Source: Rhodospirillales bacterium (GTDB lineage Bacteria; Pseudomonadota; Alphaproteobacteria; BOG-932; Roseiterribacteraceae). Taken from it: DNA of 64,000 nucleotides. Positions 55,875-63,809 of this stretch are shown here, one piece after another. Location of the stretch: the NCBI GenBank assembly GCA_003165335.1, contig PLTD01000217.1, forward strand, positions 6,247 to 70,246, given 5' to 3'. The position numbers and the translations under genes were made by a program. The notes below the pieces were generated by a model. The model was not told where the DNA came from, did not search any database, and was given only the letters and a program-made list of their open reading frames with translations. Positions within the stretch are counted from its first letter, which is position 1. Each line of letters starts with the position of its first letter.

Positions 55875-56210
55875 ATGCCTTATATTGTCACTGAATCCTG
55901 CATCAAGTGTAAGTACACCGACTGTGTTGAAGTTTGCCCCGTCGATTGCTTCTACGAAGGCGAGAATATGCTGGTCATTCATCCTGACGAGTGTATCGAC
56001 TGCGGTGTTTGCGAACCAGAATGCCCGATCGAGGCGATCGTGCCGGACAGCGACCCCCGCGCCGAGGCCTTGGCCGAAATGAATCGTGATTACTCAGAGA
56101 TATGGCCCAATATCACCCGTAAGAAGCCGGCACCGGCAGATGCAGACGCCTGGAAAGATGTCGCCAATAAATATGCCGATCAGTTCAGCCCGAAACCCGG
56201 CAGCAATTGA
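55875..56210 (+). CDS. fdxA: 7Fe ferredoxin (3Fe-4S + 4Fe-4S)
   Basis: 111 aa beginning [29 protein letters not shown]...[14 protein letters not shown], the Azotobacter-type FdxA Cys pattern. Confidence 0.9.
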   Translation: MPYIVTESCIKCKYTDCVEVCPVDCFYEGENMLVIHPDECIDCGVCEPECPIEAIVPDSDPRAEALAEMNRDYSEIWPNITRKKPAPADADAWKDVANKYADQFSPKPGSN

Positions 56211-56290
56211 GCCAGATATTGCGAACATTCCGGGTTGGCTCTAAGCTCTAACTCTTTCCGAAACTGAAAACATTTGCGAGCGTTGCATTC

Positions 56291-56319
56291 TTGTAACAGT
56301 CGCAGTTTTCAGGTATAAT
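56291..56319 (+). promoter_or_regulatory. candidate sigma70-type promoter for carD
   Basis: TTGTAA (56291-56296), a 17-nt spacer, then TATAAT (56314-56319). It would give a leader of about 150 nt containing three stem-loops. Confidence 0.4.
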
Positions 56320-56474
56320 CATCGTTTAGGTCGATCGTCGGTTCCTGCTCCGCCTAACATACGGCGGGCGGACTTCGCTCATTCATAGCGAAGCGTCCGG
56401 ACTCGCTTTATGAGCGAGCCCATAGGGAGGAATTGCACTCAACCTGTTCGTTCGGACAAGGATAAGCGCAATCT

Positions 56475-56975
56475 ATGTCACAAAAACTTGAGTTCGTTGC
56501 TGGTGACCTCGTGGTGTATCCTGCGCATGGCGTTGGGAAAGTCGATGGGGTCGAAACACTTACTGTCGCCGGTCAATCCGTTAGTCTCTATGCGATTACG
56601 TTCGAAAAAGAACGGATGAAGCTGAAAATTCCGGTAGGAAAGGCGAAAACCTCTGGTCTTCGGCGGCTCAGTTCAAAGGACCGCCTGAAGGCCGCACTCG
56701 ACACGCTGCAGGGGCGCGCGCGCGTCCGGCGGACAATGTGGAGCCGTCGAGCCCAGGAATACGAAGCTAAAATCAACTCTGGTGATCCGGTCTCGATCGC
56801 CGAAGTGCTTCGCGATCTTCGTCGCAATACTGAACAGGCCGAACAATCCTACAGCGAGCGCCAAATTTACCAAGCGGCGCTGGAGCGGTTGGCTCGAGAA
56901 CTCGCCGCGGTCGAAAAAATCGATGAAGCTCGTGCTGCCGAACGCCTCGAAGCCGTATTGGGCAAAGCAGCCTAA
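56475..56975 (+). CDS. carD: CarD/CdnL family RNA polymerase-binding transcription factor
   Basis: 166 aa beginning FVAGDLVVYPAHGVGKVDGVE...YAITFEKERMKLKIPV, a TRCF-RID-like N-terminal domain. Confidence 0.85.
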   Translation: MSQKLEFVAGDLVVYPAHGVGKVDGVETLTVAGQSVSLYAITFEKERMKLKIPVGKAKTSGLRRLSSKDRLKAALDTLQGRARVRRTMWSRRAQEYEAKINSGDPVSIAEVLRDLRRNTEQAEQSYSERQIYQAALERLARELAAVEKIDEARAAERLEAVLGKAA

Positions 56976-57067
56976 ATAAATCGGATAATATCACCGGATC
57001 ACGTTGTCGATCGCCTGACGGGGAGTAAACTCCTCGTCAAGGTGATTCGATATTCGAAACTTGTGCT

Positions 57068-57874
57068 GTGAGCGACGAGAGCAAATTCGGCTATCTTGGC
57101 CGGCCGCGCCGCATTTGGGCGGTTGCTGCCTGCCATGGCGAAATTGAGCGCCTGGACATTGTCCACGCGGCTGTCGCCGAACGCTTTGCCGTAGGCGATC
57201 GACTGCTATATCTCGGCAATTACTTGGGTGGCGGCTACCCTAGTGAGACCATTGACCGGCTGCTGGCGTTCCGAACCTACCTGCTCGCGGCGCCCGGAAT
57301 GATCGCTAACGATCTGATTTATTTGCGCGGTATCCAAGAGGAAATTTGGAGCAAGCTGCTGCAAATCCAATTTGCCCCAAACCCGCATGAAGTTTTGCTT
57401 TGGATGCTTGAGCGTGGCGCAGAGGCTACGCTTCGCGGATATGGCGGTGAATCGCGCATCGGATTGGCTGCAACGCGTGAAGGCGCGATTGCGATGACCC
57501 GCTGGACTAACGGGCTGCGCGAGACAATGCGGCAGAGACCGGGCCACAACAAGTTTATGAGTGTTCTGCGTCGGGCCGCCCTGACAGAGGAAACTGAGGA
57601 AGGCCCCCTCTTATTCGTTCATGCCGGTATCGATCCGGCGCGCGAGCTATCGGCGCAAGGCGACAGCTTCTGGTGGGAATCCGGAGGATTCGATAAGACG
57701 ACCACCCAATTCGAAAATTTCAAACGATTGTTTCGTGGTTGCGACCCTGCGGGCGACGGCCTCAAACTAGAGGGTTATGCCGTCACGCTGGATGCCGGAT
57801 GCGGCTCCGGTGGCCCTTTAATCGCGGCAGCGATCATGCCCGACGGCCGCATTGTCGATATCATCAAGGCTTAA
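57068..57874 (+). CDS. metallophosphoesterase-fold protein with degenerate catalytic motifs (probable pseudo-phosphatase)
   Basis: 268 aa with a GTG start. It is collinear with PrpA/lambda-phosphatase-type enzymes, but the motifs read AACHG (for GDIHG), GNYLGGG (for GDxxDRG), RGIQEE (for RGNHE), VHAGID and RGCDP (for GHTP). Confidence 0.6.
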   Translation: MSDESKFGYLGRPRRIWAVAACHGEIERLDIVHAAVAERFAVGDRLLYLGNYLGGGYPSETIDRLLAFRTYLLAAPGMIANDLIYLRGIQEEIWSKLLQIQFAPNPHEVLLWMLERGAEATLRGYGGESRIGLAATREGAIAMTRWTNGLRETMRQRPGHNKFMSVLRRAALTEETEEGPLLFVHAGIDPARELSAQGDSFWWESGGFDKTTTQFENFKRLFRGCDPAGDGLKLEGYAVTLDAGCGSGGPLIAAAIMPDGRIVDIIKA

Positions 57875-57957
57875 GAAAAAAATCCGGCAAAACATCCGCG
57901 AGACATCCCCAAGCGTATTGAGAAGCAAAGCGCTCTCATTCGCAATCGAGGTGTCCA

Positions 57958-58839
57958 GTGGCTCATGTCGATGATCCGGTCACGCAAAAGGCGAATCTTG
58001 ATTACATCAAAACAGCAATGCGTGAACCGCTGCTGGAGAGAGCAAACGAGTTCGCCTTGGCACAGCGATGGCGGCAGAACGATGATGCGAAGGCATTGCA
58101 TGAGCTCGTTCGATCCTACACGCGGCTCGTAGTCTCTGTCGCGTCGCGATTTCGCAATTACGGACTGCCCAACGGTGATCTAATTCAGGAAGGCAATGTC
58201 GGCCTCATGCAGGCGGCAGCGCGTTTCGAACCCAGCCGCGAAGTGCAATTTTCGACCTACGCAACCTGGTGGATACGCTCCGCCATGCAGGATTATGTCC
58301 TGCGAAACTGGTCGATTGTCCGCACAGGCACTACAGCGGCGCAAAAATCACTCTTCTTCAACCTGCGCCGACTGCGCGCAAAAATCGAAGACTCGGGCGA
58401 ACCACTTACTAACGAAGGCCGACAGTGGATTGCCGACCAGTTGAAAGTCGCGCTGCACGACGTGACTGAAATGGAGATCCGCTTCGCCGGGACTGACCAA
58501 TCGCTAAACGCGCCACTGCGTGACGCCGGCGAAGACGAATGGCAGGACTTCATGCCCGACGCCGCCCCAAATCCGGAAGACATAGTGATCGGGATGCGCG
58601 ATGCGCAAACAAGATCGAAATGGCTGGCTGAGGCGATCGGAGACCTGTCTCCGCGCGAGCAGACCATTATCCGCCAAAGACGGTTGGGAGACGAAGCTGT
58701 GACGCTGGAAGACTTAGGAAAGGAACTCGGCATTAGTAAAGAACGAGTGCGGCAACTGGAGCAACGCGCCATTGGCAAGTTGCGGGTTTCAATATTGCGC
58801 AAGGTGGAAAACCCGGGAGACCTCCTTCTGGAAGAATGA
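57958..58839 (+). CDS. rpoH: RNA polymerase sigma-32 (heat-shock) factor
   Basis: 293 aa with a GTG start. It has region 2 (DLIQEGNVGLMQAAARFEP...FSTYATWWIRSAMQDY), an RpoH box (AQKSLFFNLRRLRA) and region 4 (LEDLGKELGISKERVRQLE). Confidence 0.9.
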   Translation: MAHVDDPVTQKANLDYIKTAMREPLLERANEFALAQRWRQNDDAKALHELVRSYTRLVVSVASRFRNYGLPNGDLIQEGNVGLMQAAARFEPSREVQFSTYATWWIRSAMQDYVLRNWSIVRTGTTAAQKSLFFNLRRLRAKIEDSGEPLTNEGRQWIADQLKVALHDVTEMEIRFAGTDQSLNAPLRDAGEDEWQDFMPDAAPNPEDIVIGMRDAQTRSKWLAEAIGDLSPREQTIIRQRRLGDEAVTLEDLGKELGISKERVRQLEQRAIGKLRVSILRKVENPGDLLLEE

Positions 58840-58863
58840 CGCTCTGGCAGATGGGCTCTATCG

Positions 58864-58895
58864 GCGCTATCTCCCTGATGGTGAGGAGATAGCGC
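58864..58895 (+). promoter_or_regulatory. perfect 11-bp hairpin sequestering the osmC-family Shine-Dalgarno sequence
   Basis: GCGCTATCTCC (58864-58874), a 10-nt loop, then GGAGATAGCGC (58885-58895). The ATG at 58897 follows after 1 nt and the GGAG SD lies inside the 3-prime arm. There is no downstream T-run. Confidence 0.5.
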
Positions 58896-58896
58896 G

Positions 58897-59367
58897 ATGG
58901 GCCGGCAGCATAAGTACGAGGTGACGGTTACCTGGACCGGAAACAAAGGCTCGGGAACTGTCAACTATCGCGCCTACGCTCGCGATCATACGATTGAAGC
59001 TGAGGATAAATCGTCGATCGCCGGTTCGTCGGATCCAACTTTCCATGGGAACCGCAACCGCTGGAACCCCGAAGAGTTGCTCCTGGCAGCCCTCTCTGCT
59101 TGCCACAAATTGTCCTACCTGCATTTCTGCGCAATCTCCGATATCGTGGTCACAAGCTACATCGATCATGCCGAAGGATTGATGACAGAGGACGGGAAAG
59201 ACGGCGGCCGTTTCACATCGGTAACATTGCGCCCGACTATAACTATCCAATCAGGCAGCGACATCGAATTGGCGAAAAGTCTGCATCACATCGCGCACGA
59301 AAAGTGCTTCATTGCCAGTTCCGTTAATTTTCCGGTCACCTGCGAACCTGAGATCGTGATCCTCTAA
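58897..59367 (+). CDS. OsmC/Ohr family peroxiredoxin-like protein
   Basis: 156 aa. ...NPEELLLAALSACHKLSY... and ...AHEKCFIASSV... give the two conserved Cys contexts of the OsmC family. Confidence 0.75.
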   Translation: MGRQHKYEVTVTWTGNKGSGTVNYRAYARDHTIEAEDKSSIAGSSDPTFHGNRNRWNPEELLLAALSACHKLSYLHFCAISDIVVTSYIDHAEGLMTEDGKDGGRFTSVTLRPTITIQSGSDIELAKSLHHIAHEKCFIASSVNFPVTCEPEIVIL

Positions 59368-59452
59368 TTCCGTTCCCCTACTGTATCCCACAAGACTTGG
59401 CTCTGGAGCGCGCGGGCTCTAAGGTGGCCGACCGGCGGCGTACAGGCATTTC

Positions 59453-60433
59453 ATGACCAGGATTCCATTTTATCCCTCAATCGAGCCCTATCGTTCTGGG
59501 CGGCTGAAGGTCGATTCTCTCCACGAGTTATATTGGGAGGAATGCGGCGCTCCTGATGGCCTGCCGGTGGTCTTCCTACATGGAGGGCCGGGGGCCGGGG
59601 CATCGCCGGCGCATCGACGTTTTTTTGACCCACGCCGCTATCGAATCGTCGTCTTCGATCAGCGCGGTGCCGGACGCTCAACCCCCCTTGGCGAAATTAC
59701 GAATAACGACACGCCCCACCTGGTCTCTGACATCGAAATGCTGCGGATGCATTTGGCGATCGACCGCTGGTTTGTGTTCGGTGGGTCTTGGGGGTCAACG
59801 CTGGCTTTGTCATATGCGAAGTCTCATCCAAACCGCACACGCGGTTTGTTCCTGCGCGGCATCTTCCTCATGCAGCCCAGCGAGATCGACTGGTTTCTCT
59901 ATGGCATGAAAACCGTCTTCCCCGAAGCCTGGCAACGCTTTGCCAACTTCATTCCCGAATCCGAACGCGGGGATTTACTAGTCGCTTATAGCCAAAGACT
60001 TAACGACCCCGATCCCGCTGTCAGGATTCCGGCAGCGCGGTCCTGGAGCGTCTATGAGGGATCATGTTCAACTCTGTTGCCCAATCCGGAGGTATTGTCC
60101 ACTTCGGGAGAAGAGCGCCATGCGGTCGGACTGGCCCGCATTGAAGCTCATTTCTTTACACAAAATATATTCGATCCAGAGGATGCGCTCTTGCGTGATC
60201 TGGAAGAAGTGCGCCGAATTCCTGCTGTGATTGTTCAAGGACGTTATGATCTGGTATGCCCGATCATAACGGCGGATTCGCTTCATAAGGCTTGGCCGGA
60301 GGCCGAATACATTGTCGTCCCAGACGCAGGCCATTCCGCGCTGGAGCCGGGAATTCGTTCGGCGTTGATCGACGCCACCAACCGCTTCGCCGATCGGGCA
60401 GAAGCAGAGCAACGGCGGGCTGTCTCGCGATAG
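59453..60433 (+). CDS. pip: prolyl aminopeptidase (proline iminopeptidase)
   Basis: 326 aa with VVFLHGGPG, DQRGAGRS, the nucleophile motif GGSWGSTLAL and the C-terminal AGHSA. Confidence 0.85.
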   Translation: MTRIPFYPSIEPYRSGRLKVDSLHELYWEECGAPDGLPVVFLHGGPGAGASPAHRRFFDPRRYRIVVFDQRGAGRSTPLGEITNNDTPHLVSDIEMLRMHLAIDRWFVFGGSWGSTLALSYAKSHPNRTRGLFLRGIFLMQPSEIDWFLYGMKTVFPEAWQRFANFIPESERGDLLVAYSQRLNDPDPAVRIPAARSWSVYEGSCSTLLPNPEVLSTSGEERHAVGLARIEAHFFTQNIFDPEDALLRDLEEVRRIPAVIVQGRYDLVCPIITADSLHKAWPEAEYIVVPDAGHSALEPGIRSALIDATNRFADRAEAEQRRAVSR

Positions 60434-60467
60434 CCTGTCGAGAATCAATCGATGGGGATAGCTCCGG

Positions 60468-61658
60468 ATGAGCGGAATTAGAACACTGAACGGCGTAAAT
60501 GTCGCCGGCAAACGCGTGATAGTGCGCGCAGATTTGAACGTACCGGTACAGGATGGACATGTGACGGACGCTACGCGCATCGACCGGCTCGCCCCCACTG
60601 TACATGAACTAGTCGGGCACAAAGCGCGCGTCATCTTGATATCCCATTTCGGCCGGCCAAAGGGACCCGACCCCAAGGACTCTCTAGAAGGCCTTGTGCC
60701 GGTAATCGCAAAGCGGCTCGGTCTGAAAGTATCATTCGCCAAGGATTGCATCGGCCCCGAGGCGGAGGCAGCAACCGCGGCCCTAAAGGACGGCGACGTC
60801 CTATTGCTCGAGAACCTGCGCTTTCATGCCGGTGAGGAAAAAAACGACCCCGGCTTTACCGCTGCCCTCGCAAAGCTTGGCGAAATATATGTCGATGACG
60901 CCTTTTCCGCAGCACATCGCGCCCATGCTTCGATTTCGGGAATCGCTGGCTTGCTGCCGGCCTATGCCGGGCGGGGTATGGAGGCTGAACTCACGGCGCT
61001 CGACAAGGCCCTGGGCAACCCGATCCACCCCGTGGCTGCGATCGTCGGCGGCGCGAAGATATCGACCAAGCTGGATCTGCTCGGCAATCTGGTCGGCAAG
61101 GTCGACCTTCTGATCCTCGGCGGCGGCATGGCGAACACCTTCCTGGCGTCGCGCGGCGTGGCGATCGGCAAGTCGCTCGTCGAAGCCGAGATGCTGGATC
61201 AGGCCCGCGCTATCGAAGCCACAGCCAAGACAAAGGGCTGCAACATCGTGCTGCCAGTCGATGCGCTGGTCGCCGAGAAATTCGGTGCCGGCCAAGTAGC
61301 CGAGACTGTTGCTATCAATGCGATTCCAGCGGACCGGATGATGTTGGACATCGGCCCGGCCAGCGTTGAAAACATTCGCTCCAAACTGAGAAATTGCCGC
61401 ACGATTGTCTGGAACGGCCCTATGGGCGCATTCGAAATCCCACCCTTCGACAGCGGCACGGTCGCAGTCGCAAAGGCCGTGGCAGCGCTGACCCGCGATG
61501 GCACATTGGTCAGCATCGGCGGCGGTGGAGATACGGTTGCGGCTCTCGCTGCGGCCGGAGTCGAGGATGATTTCACCTATATTTCGACTGCCGGCGGTGC
61601 CTTCCTGGAATGGATGGAAGGTAAAATATTGCCCGGCGTCGTGCCGCTGATGCAGTAA
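60468..61658 (+). CDS. pgk: phosphoglycerate kinase
   Basis: 396 aa with KRVIVRADLNVP, SHFGRPKG, AIVGGAKISTK and STAGGAFLEW. Confidence 0.95.
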   Translation: MSGIRTLNGVNVAGKRVIVRADLNVPVQDGHVTDATRIDRLAPTVHELVGHKARVILISHFGRPKGPDPKDSLEGLVPVIAKRLGLKVSFAKDCIGPEAEAATAALKDGDVLLLENLRFHAGEEKNDPGFTAALAKLGEIYVDDAFSAAHRAHASISGIAGLLPAYAGRGMEAELTALDKALGNPIHPVAAIVGGAKISTKLDLLGNLVGKVDLLILGGGMANTFLASRGVAIGKSLVEAEMLDQARAIEATAKTKGCNIVLPVDALVAEKFGAGQVAETVAINAIPADRMMLDIGPASVENIRSKLRNCRTIVWNGPMGAFEIPPFDSGTVAVAKAVAALTRDGTLVSIGGGGDTVAALAAAGVEDDFTYISTAGGAFLEWMEGKILPGVVPLMQ

Positions 61659-61665
61659 CCGCCCC

Positions 61666-62199
61666 GTGACCGATCAAGGCCCGCGCATTCTAACTATTCC
61701 AGCCGGAGATGACCGCGAGCGCCTAACCTGCCCGGACTGCGGATTCGTCGCATATGAAAACCCCAAGATGGTGGCCGGTTCAGTCGTATCGGTCGACGAG
61801 CGGATCATGCTGTGTCGCAGGGCGATCGAACCGCGCAAGGGGTTCTGGACGCTTCCAGCAGGCTTTTTGGAACTGAATGAAACGCCCGAGGAGGGTGCAC
61901 GACGCGAAGCCTGGGAAGAGGCGCGGGCACGCATCTCGATAAATGCCCTACTCGCCGTCTATTCGGTGCCGCGAATCAGTCAGGTGCAATTGATCTATCG
62001 CGCCACCCTGGCCGAACCCGGTTTCGAAGCCGGGCCGGAAAGCCTGGAAGTGGCATTGTTCACGTGGGCCGACATTCCTTGGAATGAAATAGCGTTCCCG
62101 TCGGTACGCTGGGCGCTGGACGAATATAAGGCGCGGCTGAACCAAACGGTCTTCGCGCCGGGCGTCAATCCACCGGGCATGGTTGTCGATCGGTTTTAG
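61666..62199 (+). CDS. NUDIX hydrolase with N-terminal zinc-ribbon-like CxxC pair
   Basis: 177 aa with a GTG start. It has the Nudix box GFWTLPAGFLELNETPEEGARREAWEEA, preceded by LTCPDCGF. Confidence 0.8.
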   Translation: MTDQGPRILTIPAGDDRERLTCPDCGFVAYENPKMVAGSVVSVDERIMLCRRAIEPRKGFWTLPAGFLELNETPEEGARREAWEEARARISINALLAVYSVPRISQVQLIYRATLAEPGFEAGPESLEVALFTWADIPWNEIAFPSVRWALDEYKARLNQTVFAPGVNPPGMVVDRF

Positions 62200-62596
62200 C
62201 TATCAAACGGATCGACAATGCGCAGTTGATTGTCGAGCACCATGCCGCCTTGCATATTTTCCGACCATAGCGTGTCACAGCCCGCCCGGGGCGCTGAAGC
62301 CTCGATCATGGCATCGTAGATCGCGAACCCGTAGCGCTCAGCCACGACAAGTCCGGCGTCATGGATGTCGATTGTCAGCGGCTCTACCGGAAGCAACCCG
62401 CGAATCGCGTCGAGAAACGCGTGGGTTTCCGGCCAGTCATACCCATCTTGCTGCGGGCGACATTCGCGACCTCATTCAGCACCTGAATGCTGATCATACC
62501 GCCATCAGCGATCAGCTTTTCGGCCCGCTCAGACTTGGCGGGATCGCCCGAGGCGATATAGACGTGGACATTCGTATCGAAGAAATTACCTGGCAT
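62196..62596 (-). pseudogene. vapC: PIN-domain (VapC-type) toxin gene with 1-nt frameshift
   Basis: The N-terminal part (MPGNFFDTNVHVYI...QVLNEVANVARSKMGMT) is in one frame. The continuation (WPETHAFLDAIRGLLPVEPLTIDIHDAGLVVAERYGFAIYDAMIEASA...) follows after a missing nt near 62435-62437. The restored length would be 133 aa. Confidence 0.7.
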
Positions 62597-62815
62597 TCGC
62601 CTCGTCCCGATCGAACTTGAAGTCCGCGGGGGGCGTCCGCGGAAAGTGCGAAGCCGTTTCAACAATTTATCGCGACCGGGTTTGCGCGACAGGCCGAATT
62701 CTCATCCGTCGGCAATATGGATTTCGATATCGTCGCCCTCTTTCAATTCGAGCGCATCGACCAAGGGGGCCGGAAGACGCACGGCAAGACTATTTCCCCA
62801 TTTGGCGACTTCCAT
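62586..62815 (-). pseudogene. vapB: AbrB/SpoVT-type (VapB) antitoxin gene with in-frame TGA and homopolymer frameshift
   Basis: MEVAKWGNSLAVRLPAPLVDALELKEGDDIEIHIADG is followed by TGA (62702-62704). Then comes EFGLSRKPGRDKLLKRLRTFRGRPP, and the expected tail ADFKFDRDEANAR-stop is out of frame after a C6 run (62628-62633). The tail overlaps the vapC start. Confidence 0.65.
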
Positions 62816-62824
62816 AGCAAACCT

Positions 62825-62856
62825 CTAGATATACATTCATAAAAAAGCATATCTAG
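62825..62856. promoter_or_regulatory. 8-bp perfect inverted repeat in an AT-rich spacer between ftsY and vapB
   Basis: CTAGATAT (62825-62832), a 16-nt spacer, then ATATCTAG (62849-62856). The right arm overlaps the ftsY stop codon. It could be a vapB operator/promoter element or a weak ftsY terminator. Confidence 0.3.
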
Positions 62857-63809
62857 GGAAGCTTAGAATCAAGGGAAGCCTCCTCATCCTCAACACCCAT
62901 CAGCGACCGGGCGAAATCCTGAGGGTCGAAAGACTGAAGATCCCGCGCGGTCTCACCCACTCCGACAGCGTGAACCGGTAGCTTGAACTTCTCGGCCAAC
63001 GCGACGAGAACGCCGCCTTTGGCGGAGCCGTCCAGCTTGGTGACGACCAGACCATTCACCTGAACCAGACTGCGGAATGTTTCGACCTGCTGAAGCGCAT
63101 TCTGGCCGGTGGTGGCATCCAGCACCAACAGGGTCGATTGAGGTGCGGTGGGGTCGAGCTTTTGCAGAACCCGAATGATCTTCGCCAACTCCTCCATCAA
63201 ACCGGCCTTGTTGTGCAGCCTGCCGGCGGTGTCGATCAGCAAAACGTCTATATCTTCACGGCGCGCACGCTCAAGCGCCTCGTAAGCTAGCGCAGCCGGA
63301 TCGGCGCCCTGATCCTTCCTGACGACAGATGCGCCGGTGCGCTCGCCCCAGATAGCAAGTTGAGCCACTGCGGCTGCACGAAATGTATCGCCGGCCGCCA
63401 TCATCACCCGCTTGCCTTCGCCGCGGTAACGCTCCGCGAGCTTGCCTATCGTTGTCGTTTTGCCGACACCGTTGACGCCGACGACGAGTATGACAAAGGG
63501 CTTTGAACCGGCGGTTTCGAGCGGTACGGCGATCGGCGCCAGAAGCGCAGCTACACGGTCCGCCAAAAATAGGCGCACTTCGTCATCGGTCACTTCTTTG
63601 CCGAATCGCGACTTGCCCAGATCAGCGGCAAGCGAAGACGCAGTCGATGGTCCAAGATCGGCGGCGATCAGCAACTCTTCAATTTCGTCGAGCGTCTCCT
63701 GATCCAGCTTTCGCTTGACCAGGATTGCCGCCAGGCCTTCCGTAAGACGCGATGAAGACCGCGACAGCCCCTGTTTGAGCCTCTGAAACCAACCGGTTTT
63801 TTCACTCAT
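62853..63809 (-). CDS. ftsY: signal recognition particle-docking protein FtsY
   Basis: 318 aa with GVNGVGKTTTIGKL, DTAGRLHNK and TKLDGSAKGG, the SRP-GTPase G1-G4 motifs. Confidence 0.95.
   Translation of the reverse strand: MSEKTGWFQRLKQGLSRSSSRLTEGLAAILVKRKLDQETLDEIEELLIAADLGPSTASSLAADLGKSRFGKEVTDDEVRLFLADRVAALLAPIAVPLETAGSKPFVILVVGVNGVGKTTTIGKLAERYRGEGKRVMMAAGDTFRAAAVAQLAIWGERTGASVVRKDQGADPAALAYEALERARREDIDVLLIDTAGRLHNKAGLMEELAKIIRVLQKLDPTAPQSTLLVLDATTGQNALQQVETFRSLVQVNGLVVTKLDGSAKGGVLVALAEKFKLPVHAVGVGETARDLQSFDPQDFARSLMGVEDEEASLDSKLP

Noticed and set aside
56410-56619. A 69-aa ORF starting in the carD leader and overlapping the carD start.
   Set aside because: It is out of frame with the strongly supported carD gene. 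Its ATG lies in a hairpin loop without an SD and it has no recognisable motif.
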